Assembly (NCBI GenBank): GCA_002633005.1
Contig: NMRA01000051.1
Coordinates: forward strand, 1,079,528-1,143,527
Direction of reading: 5' to 3'
From: Phoronis australis
Lineage: Eukaryota; Animalia; Phoronida
DNA: 64,000 nt
Every line of letters starts with the position of its first letter. Position 1 is the stretch's first letter. A program made the translations under genes and the position numbers. Positions 50,501-63,600 of this stretch are shown piece after piece. Below the pieces are notes generated by a model that saw nothing but the letters and a program-made list of their open reading frames with translations, was not told where the DNA came from and did no database searches.

Positions 50501-53500
50501 CCCATTCCTGAATGGAACATATGTGCCAAATCTCATGAACGTATGTCAAAGGGTTTTGGAGATAGAGCAATGAACGTCGGACGCCAGACGGACGCCGCCC
50601 GTACGGACGGACGGACGGAGATGACGGCATAATGCGTCCACATATAAATATGTGGGAGCATAAAAATGATACGTTAGTTCCGTTCAAAAGATGACACTCA
50701 CTAGTAAGCACTCTCTTTTGAAGCATCTCCCAACAGGCTAACGTTATGACCAGTGTTGAGCAGCTTGTCAATTTTGTAGGCCAGGTCCAAATCTCTTAGA
50801 TTTAAGCAAGCCTGAAAGGTGATGGACTTTTTAGTGGAACAGACTGAATGCTGACAATGTGAGTTCACAGTAAAAACATGGAGCATGAAACAACAGAGAA
50901 GTGCCAGGTAGTATATAATTTGGCAATTTTACAATTAAATACAATTTTTAACAAAGAAGCACCACACAATATGATAATATGTGATAAATTCAATAATAGA
51001 TGCCATTTTCAGTAACATTAGTCGTACATCACGATTTGCACATAAACTTGTGGGCGCTTTCTGGCCTCACAAATGGCATTTTGATAAAAGAAGACATAAG
51101 AACATTAAAAAAATAACTGCAGTCCATCTGGTGCACGTACCAGACATGCGCAGGCCGCTCAAAAGGACCCATTACACTGCTCACCTGGAACCATTTTTAT
51201 GCTTTAATAATATTAGTTAAAACCAAGTGGGGGAGCTAGTGGCCTTACTCAAAGGTCTAATAGCGTGCCCCAATGGGACTTGCACCCATCACCTTGAGTA
51301 AAGAAAGCCGACACTTAGTCTACTAAGTCACACTGCCTCCTCCATAAGTACATTAACTTGCACTCTAGAAATTGAATTATAATCTCGTAATTTTTTAAGT
51401 AACTGACAGATTAGCGGCACTGCTCTTACCTTGGACATGGCGGATGTGAAGAATGACACTTGAATAGATAAGAAAGGAAGCAGTTAAGAATGATCAACAC
51501 AGTCCGAGTTAAAACATAGCCCTAGCATGAAGATGAACATCTTTCACCACGTGATAAACTAATTAATGAATGCTCAAAGAATTAACAATGTCTAAATCTG
51601 CAGCTATGATCCTAATGCTCTTTTGATAGTGAGATACTGTAACAAGAGCAACGCGGAGCGTTGAAATGCACCCACGAATGCATTACAAATGGTGTGCTTT
51701 TAGGGTTATTTATTTGTATTATAAAAATGGCCACTAGATGGCGAAAAACAAACAACCCATCCAAAACCCAGAACATGCCATATTTCATAAAAATCTGTCA
51801 AGGAACTTCAGCGAAACAAAGGAAAACAGAATAAAATGAAATTGCCACTAGTGGGCACAATGTCCATTGAGAACATATATGCCAATTTTCAAATGATTTG
51901 GTTGATACAGAGGTGGACGCCAAAAACAAGATTTGAAAACAGCAAAAATGGCCACTAGGTGGAGCAAAATACCTCGATTTCATCCAAAAAACAGAAAGCG
52001 TCATCACACCAATAGATGCCTATATTTAAAATTTTACGAAAATCTGTTGAGGACCTTTGAGGATACTGAGTTAAACGTAAAAAAAAAAAAAAAATTGCCA
52101 CTAGGGGGCACAGCAGTGGTCAGATCTGTCCGAAAGTCTTCGTCATCCGTAGTCGACATCATATAAATATACTTGCTAAATTGAGTAAAGATCCTGCGAA
52201 CGGTTTAGGAGATACAGCCATAGGTGCAACAAAAACAAAACTGTCACTAGGTGGCACCACAGTAGTTGAAATCGTCGGAAACTCATCGTCAACCCTTTCT
52301 CTTCATAGTAAGCACATACATGCCAATTTTCACAATCATCCTTTGAGCGGTTTGGTTGATAGAGGGGTGGACGCAAAAAACAGACTTGAAAACAGTAAAA
52401 ATGGCCACTTGGTAATGCAAATTAGGTCAAATCCATCCGAAAACAGGAGGATAGCGTCATTTCACTAAAAGGTGCCTACATACCAAATTTCATGAAAATC
52501 CGTTCAGGACTTTTGAAGATACAAAGGTAAGCATAAAAAAACTAAAATTGCCACTAGGGGGCACACTGGTAGTAGGATCTGTCCGAAAGTTCGCTCATGC
52601 CGTCCCATTCATGAATGGAACATATGTGCCAAATTTCATGAACGTATGTCAAAGGGTTTTGGAGATAGAGCAACGGACGCCAGACGAACGCCGCTGGGAC
52701 GGACAGAGATGACGGCATAATGTGTCCACACATAAATATGTGGGCACATAACAAGTGATCATTCTGATAGTTGGCAACACTCATCCCTCACTCTTGCAGA
52801 TATTTGATCAGCTTGGTCACATTAAAACTCCAAAAATCGTAAGTTTCTTTTGCACTGTAAATGCCACAATTACGAGCTGTCATTTTGTGAATATACCCTA
52901 CTGGTATATTGTCCCGTCGCTATTTCTTACCTCATGGCCAAAAACAGCATTAAAAGCAGGAAGACTGTATTGCGAGGTATAGAATATGTGCCTCGTATTT
53001 TCACACAGTGAGCATGCACAAATTGATTAAATTTAGGTGCACCCCTCATTTACTTCTGTGTCAAGTTTCATGAAGCTCACACCAGAAAAGAATTTCGTTT
53101 AATCCGTAAAGTATTACAAATGTGTCCTCTGAGGTTAATAATGGGCAGTTTTGTCTTCCAAACTGGAACCTCTAGTTGGCTGACTACACTTACCAAGGAT
53201 TTATTAACTCTATGATTCAATTCAGTATTGTACTTAAAACTATAAGTAACAAATAAAAAATTACATAAAATTATCATTTCCTTAAAAGAATGCCACTTGC
53301 CTATTTAGAGCACACATAATACACCCACAGCTTAGATTGTCTGCCAACATTTTTAGTGTAATGAGTTAGCAGCAATTCACGTGTTAAGCCTTGGTCATAT
53401 ATAGCTTCTGACAAGTTTATGGCGTAAAAATGGTTGTACCGTCCAACAGTCAGATGATTATTAGAACTGGGTATCAGCATCAAAATCACCAATCGGTGTT

Positions 53501-56500
53501 AATTGATCCAATAAAAAATGATTCTATCATCGTTAGCATTGACGAGATAGACGATGCAAGGCATTACACTGGCATTTCCTTAAAGAGACAATTATCTAAC
53601 CACACACACATCCTTACAGTCATGCGGACCCTGGAATGTCAGCTGCTTGCCATCCAGTTCCTTCATTATCTCGTACAAAATGTTGCTATTAGAGTCGGGG
53701 AATTGATAGAAGATCTGAATCACATATGACCATGTGCCGAGACTGGGTTCTGTAATGGGAATGAAACACCATCATAAATAGGAGATGAGATTTGTGNTGG
53801 GTTTAGGAGATACAACTATGGGCGCAAAACAAAACTACCACTAGGAGGCGCCACAACAGTCAGTCACCATCATCAAAGGTCGTCTTCACACTGAGAACAT
53901 ATATGCCAATTTTCAAATGATTTGGTTGATTCAGGGGTTGACGCCAAAATCAAGATTTGAAAACAGCAAAAATGGTCACTAGGTGGTGCAAAATACCTCG
54001 ATTTCATCCAAAAACAGGAAGATAGCGTCATCATACCAATAGATGCCTATATATAAAATTTTATGAAAATCTGTTGAGGACCTTTGAGGATACTGAGTTA
54101 AACGTAAAAAAACAAAATTGCACAGCAGTAGTCAGATCTGTCCGAAAGTCGTCGTCATCCGTAGTCGACATCATATAAATACACATGCTAAATTAAGTAA
54201 AGATCCAGCGAACGGTTTAGGAGATACAGCCATAGGCGCAACAAAAACAAAACTGCCACTAGGAGGTGCCACAGTAGTCAAAATCGTCGGAAACTCATCG
54301 TCAACCGTCCTCTTCATAGTAAGCATATATATGCCAATTTTCACAATCATCCTTTGAGCGGTTTGGTTGATAGAGGGGTGGATGCAAAAAAACAGACTCA
54401 AAAACAGTAAAAATGGCCACTTGGTAGCGCAAATTACGTCAAATCCATCCGAAAACAGGAGGATAGCGTCATTTCACTAAAAGGTGCCTACATACCAAAT
54501 TTCATGAAAATCCGTTCAGGACTTTTGAAGATACAAAGGTAAGCGTAAAAAACTTAAATTGCCACTAGGGGGCACACCGGTAGTCGGATCCGTCCGAAAC
54601 TTCGTTCATGCCGTCCCATTCATGAATGCCAAATTTCATGAACGTATGTCAAAGGGTTTTGGAGATAGAGCAGCGGACGCTGGACGGACGCCGGACGGAC
54701 GCCGGACGGACGCCGCTCGGATGGACGGAGATGACGGCATAATGTGTCCACAAAGAAATAGGTGGGCGCATAGTAAGTGATCTTTCTGAGAGTTGGCAAC
54801 ACTCATCTATCATTCTTGTACATATATGATCAGCTCAGTCACATTCAAACTCCAAAAATCGTAAGTTTCTACTGCAGTGTAAATGCCACAATTACAAGCT
54901 GTCATTTTGTGAATATACCCTACTGGTATATTGTCCCATCGCTATTTCTTACCTCATGGCCAAGAACAGCATTAAAAGCAGGAAGACTGTATTGCGACGT
55001 ATAGAATATGTGCCTCTTATTTTCACACAGTGAGCATGCACAAATTGATTAAATTTAGGTGCACCCCTCATTTACTTCTGTGTCAAGTTTCATGAAGCTC
55101 ACACAAGAAAATAATTTCCGTAAAGTATTACAAATGTGTCCTCTGAGGTTAATAATGGGCAGTTTTGTCTTCCAAACTGGAACCTCTAGTTGGCTGACTA
55201 CACTTACCAAGGATTTGCTAACTCTATGATTCAATTCAGTATTGTACTTAAAACTATAAGTAACAAATAAAAAATTACATAAAATTATCATTTCCTTAAA
55301 AGAATGCCACTTGCCTATTTAGAGCACACACACAATACACCCAAAGCTTAGATTGTCTGCCAACATTTTTAGTATAACGAGTTAGCAGCAATTCACGTGT
55401 TAAGCCTTGGTCATATATAGCTTCTGACAAGTTTGTGGCATCAAAATGGTTGTACTGTCCAACAGTCAGATGATTATTAGAACTGGGTATCAGCATCAAA
55501 ATCACCAATCGGTGTTAATTGATCCAATAAAAAATGATTCTATCATCGTTAGCATTGACGAGATAGACGATGCATCACCCTGTATCTATCCAAGGCATTA
55601 CACTGGCATTTCCTTAAAGAGACAATTATCTAACCACACACACATCCTTACAGTCATGCGGACCCTGGAATGTCAGCTGCTTGCCATCCAGTTCCTTCAT
55701 TATCTCGTACAAAATGTTGCTATTAGAGTCGGGGAATTGATAGAAGATCTGAATCACATATGACCATGTGCCGAGACTGGGTTCTGTAATGGGAATGAAA
55801 CACCATCATAAATAGGAGATGAGATTTGTGTGCGGGTGACATTTTCCAACATACTGTTGGCACACGTCACCAAATCATCTGTGATGTCACCAAATGTTAA
55901 TGAGCCAACAATCCTCCCACAATGCATTTGAAAAACATAGATGAAACCACCTGAATTTTGACAAGACAGAAATAACAAATTCAACCCAAAAGATCTTAAA
56001 TGAACATGTCTCTGGAAAAAATGTCACTCTCAATGACTCTCCCTCTATTCAATGGTTTCTCAATTTCTTCCATTGCATTGTGATTCAATACAATATGCAT
56101 TCATACATTAATTGGTTATTCAGTTTGGACACTTCAAACAACAGCTAACTGATAGATACATGATACACGACATCTCATCATGGCTGATAACACCACATCA
56201 CCTATGCCATAGCCTTTCATCAACTATCCTAAAGGTCAACATAACAATTATTCACATCTAAGGAGAAAACATCACACCTATGCCACAAGCCTTCATTTCA
56301 TTGAGGGTCTTAAGGCTCAACTGTTGGGCTCTTCTAAACTTTGCCATTCTGCTGAGTACTGAAAGAGTATTGTTGAAGGTATCCAAGTTGGGTCGCACGT
56401 TAGAGGCGTTCATCTGCGTCAACAATGACTGCAACAAAGATAAAGTAAATATAATTCTATCACAATCAATTTTTTTAGAACACTGCATTTCCCAGTTCCA

Positions 56501-59500
56501 AACAAATTTTGAGTATACCATTGGATAACATATGACTGGTGAAAGCACTAAAAATCTCAAAATTGTTATTGGTTGGTAGATTGTTATGAAACATTCAGGT
56601 TAAGATGCACACACATTGCATTCAAGATATCAGGTAGAAAATATCAACAGCCACTGAATGGCGTTGGTTGAAATTCATGCCCCATGGACCAAATACAACT
56701 AGCGATGGAACAAATAATCCTCGGGAAGCTTAAGGACGACGGATGTTACAAGAAACTTCCTGCTCAGAAATAGCCAAGAATCTTTCCGTACTAATTACCA
56801 GGTGGTGATTGGCCAAAATAAATGAGACATTTTCACTAGAAGTTTAAAGATAAAGGCTAAGCACTGAACACGGAGGATCGTAAAATTCTGCGGAAAAAGA
56901 ATTATATTACTCCAAAATTGGTTTTCCCAGAAATCGGCTATTCTACTTGGCTGAAATAAGAGCGAGAGGTGGAGAAATCATCCACTAATTATAAAAACTC
57001 TAGTCCATTAGTCGTGAGTCACAGAAGGTCTGGGTATGGATCTGGTCTTTGAAAATAGCCGATACAAATAGGTTATCATAGTGGAGTTCCGGCACACAGT
57101 GTTTTTTTGAAGCTACTGTAAACTAAATCAGTCACAAGTTAACTTTTAATTTAGCTACTAACCGTTAAATATAAAACCGGCATCAACTTGCAAATTACTC
57201 CCATTAGAAGAGTATTATGGACTAGATAAGAACAGAAAGACCTTTACTGCAGCTTGAAATCAAGCACAAATATGTTTGCTTGACCTGTCTGGACACTTCA
57301 TACACCGAGTACAGCCTCAAGCAAAAACAAGGTGTCAAATTCTCCCAAACCTAGAATTTCCTTTTAATTTGAGTCAAGAAGATATTGACATCAGATTTGT
57401 AGAGGGATGTGGGTCTAGATCAAAAGTTAACATTTTAAGACAGGGTTAGCGTAACAGCAGCTTCGATATCCGGCCATAATAATTACTAAGTTCAGTCAAT
57501 GGGTTTAGAGGTCCAGTCAAAGGATTCATGAACCTTGACACTGCATTCTTTACCACTCCGAAGACACTAGTACAAATCTCACCTCCACCAACTCCCATTT
57601 CAGGTCATAATTATCCCTGTGGAAACCAGCCACCGACAGGAGTGCATTGAACGTGGAGAGGTCCACTGTAACAAGAGGGAGGTACGATGAATTAAAGCAG
57701 CCGAGATTGCTTAAGTAAGAATGACTCAAATCAGTCACCTTTCAGTAGTTTACGGACAATGCATGTTTTCCACCAGCTAGTGTGCATTCTACGCTAAGCC
57801 ATTAACTCAGTGGCTTCTCCCATGTTTCCTTTAAGTCAAATACAAAAAAAATACAAAATATTTCTTCCCCAGGAACATGCAACATCCACCTATGAATCCA
57901 GGTAACTTTTTCAATATTTCCTGTAAGTGCCAGACAGAGGTTATTCAGGGCCCCTGAGTGGAAAAAGGCTTGGGGCCCTGGTAACTTGAACTGCCCCGAG
58001 TTATCATAATATCCCACACACCCACAGCTGGGTTACTAACATTTCTGAGCTACTACCTATCACCACAACTTTTTCAGTCCTCGGTCGCCACAGCTTCTGA
58101 GCTAGACACACCCCAGTCGCTACAATATTCACCCATCCAGGTCAACAAAACCTTCGATGGGGCCTAGTGACTATGAGGTGCGGGCCTCATTTTGAGCGGG
58201 GCCCCTACAGCGTAGCTTATCTATCTAAACGGATAATCCCGCACTGGTTTCAATATAAGCCAGGACAGTTTCTGATTACACATGGTGGAACAGACAAAAG
58301 CTAAAACTATCTCCTACAAATCCCATACTGCACATTGCATGCAATTACTATGGTCAAATCTCACCAATTTCGGACGACAATAACTTCCAAAATTGAACTT
58401 TTTTGTTCAAGTCCTTCAAACGTTGCTGTAAATGGACATGATTTTTCAACACATTGTCTGTTGGTAAATATCACAGCTTGGAATGACCAATGACAAAAAA
58501 GAGGAAACTTTTCCAGGTGATGCATCAATCCACAAATAGGCTTGTGTGATAGAAATATCTTTTGTGCTGTAAAACTTAACTGAAATAAACATTGTTGCAC
58601 GAATAAAGTCAAAATAATGATAAGAAAGAAGGGAAAAAGAGGAAACTGGAAATCAAGTAAGAGGAAATTGAAAAAAATGAGGAAATCGTCTTAAAAGAGG
58701 AATCTTCAAAGCATGAACTATGTTACAGAACATGAATATGACCAAGCATCAGTTTCAAACAATTGGTACTCTCGTGTTATTTATGAAAAAATGATATTTT
58801 AGAGTATTCAGGCACTTACCTGGTAATTCTTTTTCCAACATTTCCTCATATAACTCAAATGCCTGGTCGGTATTGAAATAGAGTACACATCCCCTGATCA
58901 TGCTACAGTAAGCTGATGGCGTTTTGTTCTCCATGTCATTGAACACAATATTGGCAGTACAGTCCTCTCTGCAACACAACAATGTGTAGTTCTAAAGCAT
59001 TTGAATAACTAGAATCGTTCATCTTCAATTTTCACGAGTTTTCCAAGATAGAATTTTGGTTGTAGTTATTTTTTCAATAAAATAATCAAAGTAGAGTCTT
59101 TTTTGCAAAGCACAACTGAATGTTTGAACTTATAAGTCGTTAAACGATTTCATGAAATTTTCCATGAGATCATACAAGACATTACCAAGAGAGCTCACTT
59201 ACTTCCACGACTTGCGAATCGTTTTGGAATTGTCCTGCCCTATGTCTCGCCTGAACCAAAATTCCTCTGGTTCCAATTGTTCTGGGGGGTCACTACTGTT
59301 GTACACGCACAGTAAATCTAACAGGCTGTGTAGAGTCTCTTCTGAGACAGCACTGCCTGTTGAAAGGAAACAATGACTCAACATTACGCAATTGTGTACA
59401 AAAGAAATTAATCAAGAAATCTGAAAATCTTGGCTTCCGAAATAAAAAATATTTTCAGTTTACGTTCAGTTTTCACCCAAAAATTTAACATTCCAGCAAG

Positions 59501-62088
59501 TCATGCAATGACTTTAAGTAAGGTTGCGAGCACATTCACGAACCACACGTTAGAACTTGCTTTTTCACTGGCATGGTTTAATGCAAGAAACCAGACATGC
59601 GGAATGCACCTCAGATCATTACCCTCACAAATGCACCCCAGATCAGTCCCTTCACAAATGCAACCCAGTCAGTCCCCTCGTAAATGCACCCAAGATAATC
59701 CCATCATGAATGCAACCCAGTCAGTCCCCTCGTAAATGCACTCAAGATCAGATCCCTCGTAAATGCACCCAAGATCAGTCCCCTCGCGAATGCACCCCTA
59801 ATCAGTCCCTTTCAAATGCACCCCAGGTCAGTCCCTTACAACTTACCTGAATTTTTTATAGTATTGTATAGTTCGACAGCATCAGATACCTGTCTCATGT
59901 CTATTCGTTCCACAAGGGCCACTTCGTCCTCAGTGTTGTGCTCATAGCTGACTTTGGCAGGTGAAAGTGCCTACGAAGATAAACAGATTATGGAGAAAAG
60001 GAAAGGAGGAAATTCTGAACTTTTGTGAAAACATGCCCGACAAAATCTGAGCTGAAATGATCAAAAACAGTTATAGGCACCAGTACCAGCACCAAATGTG
60101 TATAAAGGTTTATGGCTACTTTGTCATAAACTACAACCCTATCACTGTTATGGGAGACTGTACTTTTTGTAAAATTCTCGATATAATGAATGTTTGATTT
60201 AATTATTGTCCATCATGGTCAACTTTTTCCTGCTTGACTGGCAAAATACAGACACATGTTTACAAGTTGTAATAGTGACTGCAATACCTGTTTCTACTGA
60301 CAGGGTATATGACTATCACCAGTCTTCTGTATGTCATAGAAAACATTCTGTCTTTGAGAAGAAATTGCACTTCACGTCCAACATAAAGATGTCCCATATC
60401 CTTGCACGGATGCAAAAGCGCGCAACTGAGGCAGACACATTTTATATCTCATACTGGTGCATTAGCCCTCATAGGTCTTCACTTATTGAGTCACATTATG
60501 TCCATGACTAGCTGATGAGAAAGTCAAGGCAAAATACATAACTATACCACGACTGTATCAGAGGGTTGAAGTCCTCCAGCTTACCTCAATCCTGGGGACA
60601 GCTGTGGTGATGGGATCAAAGAGATCCGGGTACTCCTTCAATAAATATTTGGCAGCCTTACGTCCAGAGGCCTTGGACAGTGCATGCGCCCTCTGTAATG
60701 TGATATCCACAGCATAAATATTGGGAAATGACCACAACAACAAATTAAGGGAATTATGCACCTATCAAGCATGCATTATTCACAAATGAGGTTACCCACA
60801 TTATATAATAGCAAAGCAGAGCATTGATATATGCCTACAGTGCGCATCACAAATGATAAAGAAATAAAGGGTGCTCATTTTTTTCAAATATTTCTACAAC
60901 CCATTGTCAGATCCATTGGAAAATCAGACACACTGATAATCTGTTACTTGGGTGCACCACAGTCGCATGCGCGCACCCAGCCTAAAAAATTGGGGGGGGG
61001 CTTGAATTTTTTGAGAATGTGGCTCAAATGAGCCCCCCCAAGCCCCCCTGGGTATGCGCACGAGTAGTTAGATCTGCCTAAAAACCGACACCAAGTGTAC
61101 TTTCATCAATAGAGAGATATGTGTCAAGCTAAATATACAAAGAACTAGGTAGATGTTGAGGCTGATGTAAAGAAATCTACAATTTTCCATAGGAAGCACT
61201 ACAACAGAATAGTCTGAAAATTAATGTTGACCATGCTCTCCTCAACTTTCATGAGGATTCTTCACGCAGTTTGAGGATGAAGACAAAGATGCCAAAAACA
61301 TACACAATAACAGAAACAGGGATGTAAAAAAGGCCAAATACATCTGAAGTCAGGCAGATGCGGATGTTTCCTTTATGGAAACTTACACCCAAATTTCATG
61401 AAGTTTTAACAATTAACTGAATAGAAACTGAGGCATACTGAAAAAAAACAAGTTGCTACTAGGTGATGCTGCAGTAGTCCGAGAACCAAAACTTGAAATT
61501 TTAAATTCCCTAGTACCAAATCCTTCTACCTTATCCAAGTTGTTTGTTGGTATGAAATAAGGGTCGTCCATAAACATGTAATGTGGTCCATTGAAATCTC
61601 GCTGGACACAGCTGGACAAAGCCTTCAGGATGGACGTTGGGTCCCTGTAACAAGTATGAAACGCCTCAGGAATTGGCAACAGTCTTGTGATCAGGAATTA
61701 GTCAGCAAACGGAAGAAACTATTTTTGTGAGGTGACAGCATCAATTACACTAAAGACAGATTACTCATTAGTTAAACGATGCTCACTCTCAGCTAAAGGC
61801 CTTGAACCTTGACCAACAGATGGCACTCCTAAAATCTGTGACCGCACTGGTGCAAGAAGAACTCCTTGGAACTATAACATTACCGATAATATTCGCATAA
61901 TGATTCTTTAGAAAAATGAGTGTACTTCGACAGAAGATTTTCCAAATTAACAGCTTACTACGATAATACTAACAAACCTTTTTATCCTCGGCGGTATCAC
62001 AATATCTTTTCTTGAGGGCACACTGGTCTCCTTAGATACAGCCGCTACACTCTGCTTGCTGCTGTTGATACTAGACACATGGTAGTTC
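41541..62088 (-). CDS. PTCD3: Pentatricopeptide repeat protein PTCD3 (mitoribosomal mS39); 19 coding exons found, first exon not located
   Basis: GT-AG exons in consistent phase: 61978-62088, 61530-61644, 60585-60692, 59847-59970, 59203-59356, 58820-58968, 57583-57665, 56278-56428, 55652-55783 (duplicate at 53618-53749), 51430-51458, 50702-50811, 48817-48895, 47064-47154, 45875-46055, 44453-44521, 43768-43821, 43455-43518, 43039-43136, 41541-41568. Motifs IVIPPRIKRDPTSILKALSSCVQRD..GPHYMFMDDPY, ALSKASGRKAAKY, LLDLLCVYNS and PNLDTFN..EMKACGIEPSL. Confidence 0.95.
49374..50666 (-). mobile_element. HINE/DINE-1-like Helentron-associated element, family B, copy 1
   Basis: On the minus strand: T-run, subTIR/IR hairpin (ATGCTCCCAC...GTGGACGCAT), GTCC microsatellite, internal tandem ~130-160-bp units, 3' subTIR GTGGGCGCAT, hairpin and CTCTTGTT end. 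Confidence 0.8.
51641..52752 (-). mobile_element. HINE family B, copy 2
   Basis: Same termini; perfect hairpin CAACGC-GGA-GCGTTG near 51649-51663. Confidence 0.8.
52753..55830 (+). repeat. Near-identical direct duplication (52753-53796 vs 54775-55830, plus the adjoining HINE) spanning a single-N gap at 53797
   Basis: Long identical stretches with a few SNPs/indels; both copies include the same 132-bp PTCD3 exon. Confidence 0.92.
53798..54772 (-). mobile_element. HINE family B, copy 3 (probably allelic to copy 2), truncated at the gap
   Basis: Same internal units, GGAC microsatellite and end hairpin; same right flank as copy 2. Confidence 0.75.
59624..59838 (+). repeat. ~25-bp minisatellite abutting a PTCD3 donor site
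   Basis: About 8 copies of aatgcacccaagatcagtcccctcgt-like units. Confidence 0.9.
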
Positions 62089-62840
62089 CTAAACAGATGG
62101 AACACACAAGTATGAGGACAATGCCAGGCAGTGAAATTCAATGTTTGTGAGGATATTGATAATGACAGAATATTAAATCTGATACAGCAACATATACGCA
62201 AGAAACCATGAGTCCAATTCGCAGATTCAATATTAAAAAGTGTAACTTCCTGACACTGTTGTCATCTCCCAAGAGATGTTGCAAAATGTTGGGAAATTAC
62301 TAGTAGAGCGTGCTCGTGACAAGAGCGTACTATTTTCAAAGCGGACGACAGGCTTTTTTGTTACAAAAGGCAGAGCATTATGCAAGAAAGTCGAGTTTAT
62401 TACATTGTTTTTCACTTAAACGACTGCAACGGGCAAGGTATTGGTTAACCCCCAGATTTTGCATGCACCCCTGCAGGTAGTTAGCTCTAGCCTCTACATG
62501 TTGTTATACATTTCAAGATGAGGTGACCAGCAGAACTACCCGGGCTGTGTGAAATTTCGGGGTCTAACAGCACTCAACACACAGTGGTACATAGTCGCAG
62601 GTGGGAAAGTACGGAGTTGGATTGTAAACAATAACCCAAAGCTCTATTTTGACTCTAAGACTTCATACAGCTAGCTGACTGGCAAGGTGGTTATCAGCCC
62701 AGATTTGGCTCTACCCTAATAACCCTACTAGTCTACCGAGTACTCAGACAGCAACCTACTGGCACGTAGGACGGTGGAGCTCCTATAAGCACTTCATACA
62801 CCGGAAGTTTTTCTAAAACATCTAAGTCACATTAATTTTA

Positions 62841-63030
62841 AATACCTTTTGCTCACAAAGGGACACCTTAGGAGGCCGTTGATGTATGTAATTCCTTCCA
62901 ACGATTTTGGAAACTGAACGAGGAACTGCTCAAAGAAAAAGTTTGATAACGGGAGTATCTGTTTAGAGTTGGACTGAATTAAATTACATCGACAGCCTCC
63001 CGATGTGTCCCTCTATGCGCAAAAGGTATT
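62841..63030. mobile_element. Small MITE/fold-back with ~50-bp imperfect TIRs
   Basis: aataccttttgctcacaaagggacaccttaggaggccgttgatgta versus tacatcgacagcctcccgatgtgtccctctatgcgcaaaaggtatt. Confidence 0.7.
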
Positions 63031-63044
63031 AATAAGAACGGAGC

Positions 63045-63600
63045 TGTAGAAATTTTCAGTGTCTCTGGTGGGACTTGAACCTAGGTTGTACCAGTGACGG
63101 TCAACCATCTAAACCATTCGGCCAAGAGGCAACTGTCTCTTGGCCGCATGGTTTAGACGCTTGGTCCTGCGCACGTACAACCTCGGCTCAAGTCCCATCG
63201 GAGACACTGAAATTTTCTACATTGGTGCCCAACTAAGGAATAATCCACGATTAACCCCGAGATGTAAAGGGGCAGATGGAGAGGGGGCAACCTGGTAGTG
63301 ATGGATTCAGAGCACAAAGAGAGTGTCGCTGACAGTAAATTCCAGGACGCTAGGGTGTTGCTGAAACTTAAAAGCCAGGGAACGCGCCTGCTCCACGGAA
63401 GGGGAGTAGTGTTGGGAAACTTGACTTCCGGTTGTGACGACACGTACAGTCAGATAAAGCCTCTCTAAGTAGCTTGCCAAGTGGCAATTGCCTCTACTCT
63501 ACTCTCTAGACCGAATGGATGCTTGGTCGTCGCACGTGTAACCTACACTCTCCAGGTTCAAGTCCCACCGGCACCGGAGACACTGAAATTTTCTACATAG
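63045..63600. mobile_element. Three copies of a short tRNA-derived SINE (63045-63129 on -, 63137-63221 on +, ~63503-63598 on +)
   Basis: A-box-like TGGCCGAATGG, B-box-like GGTTCAAGTCCC and a shared tail ggagacactgaaattttctaca. Confidence 0.7.

Noticed and set aside
63153-63443. Candidate PTCD3 first exon
   Set aside because: A phase-compatible donor (AG|GTTGCC) exists but is weak, and there is no ATG in frame.
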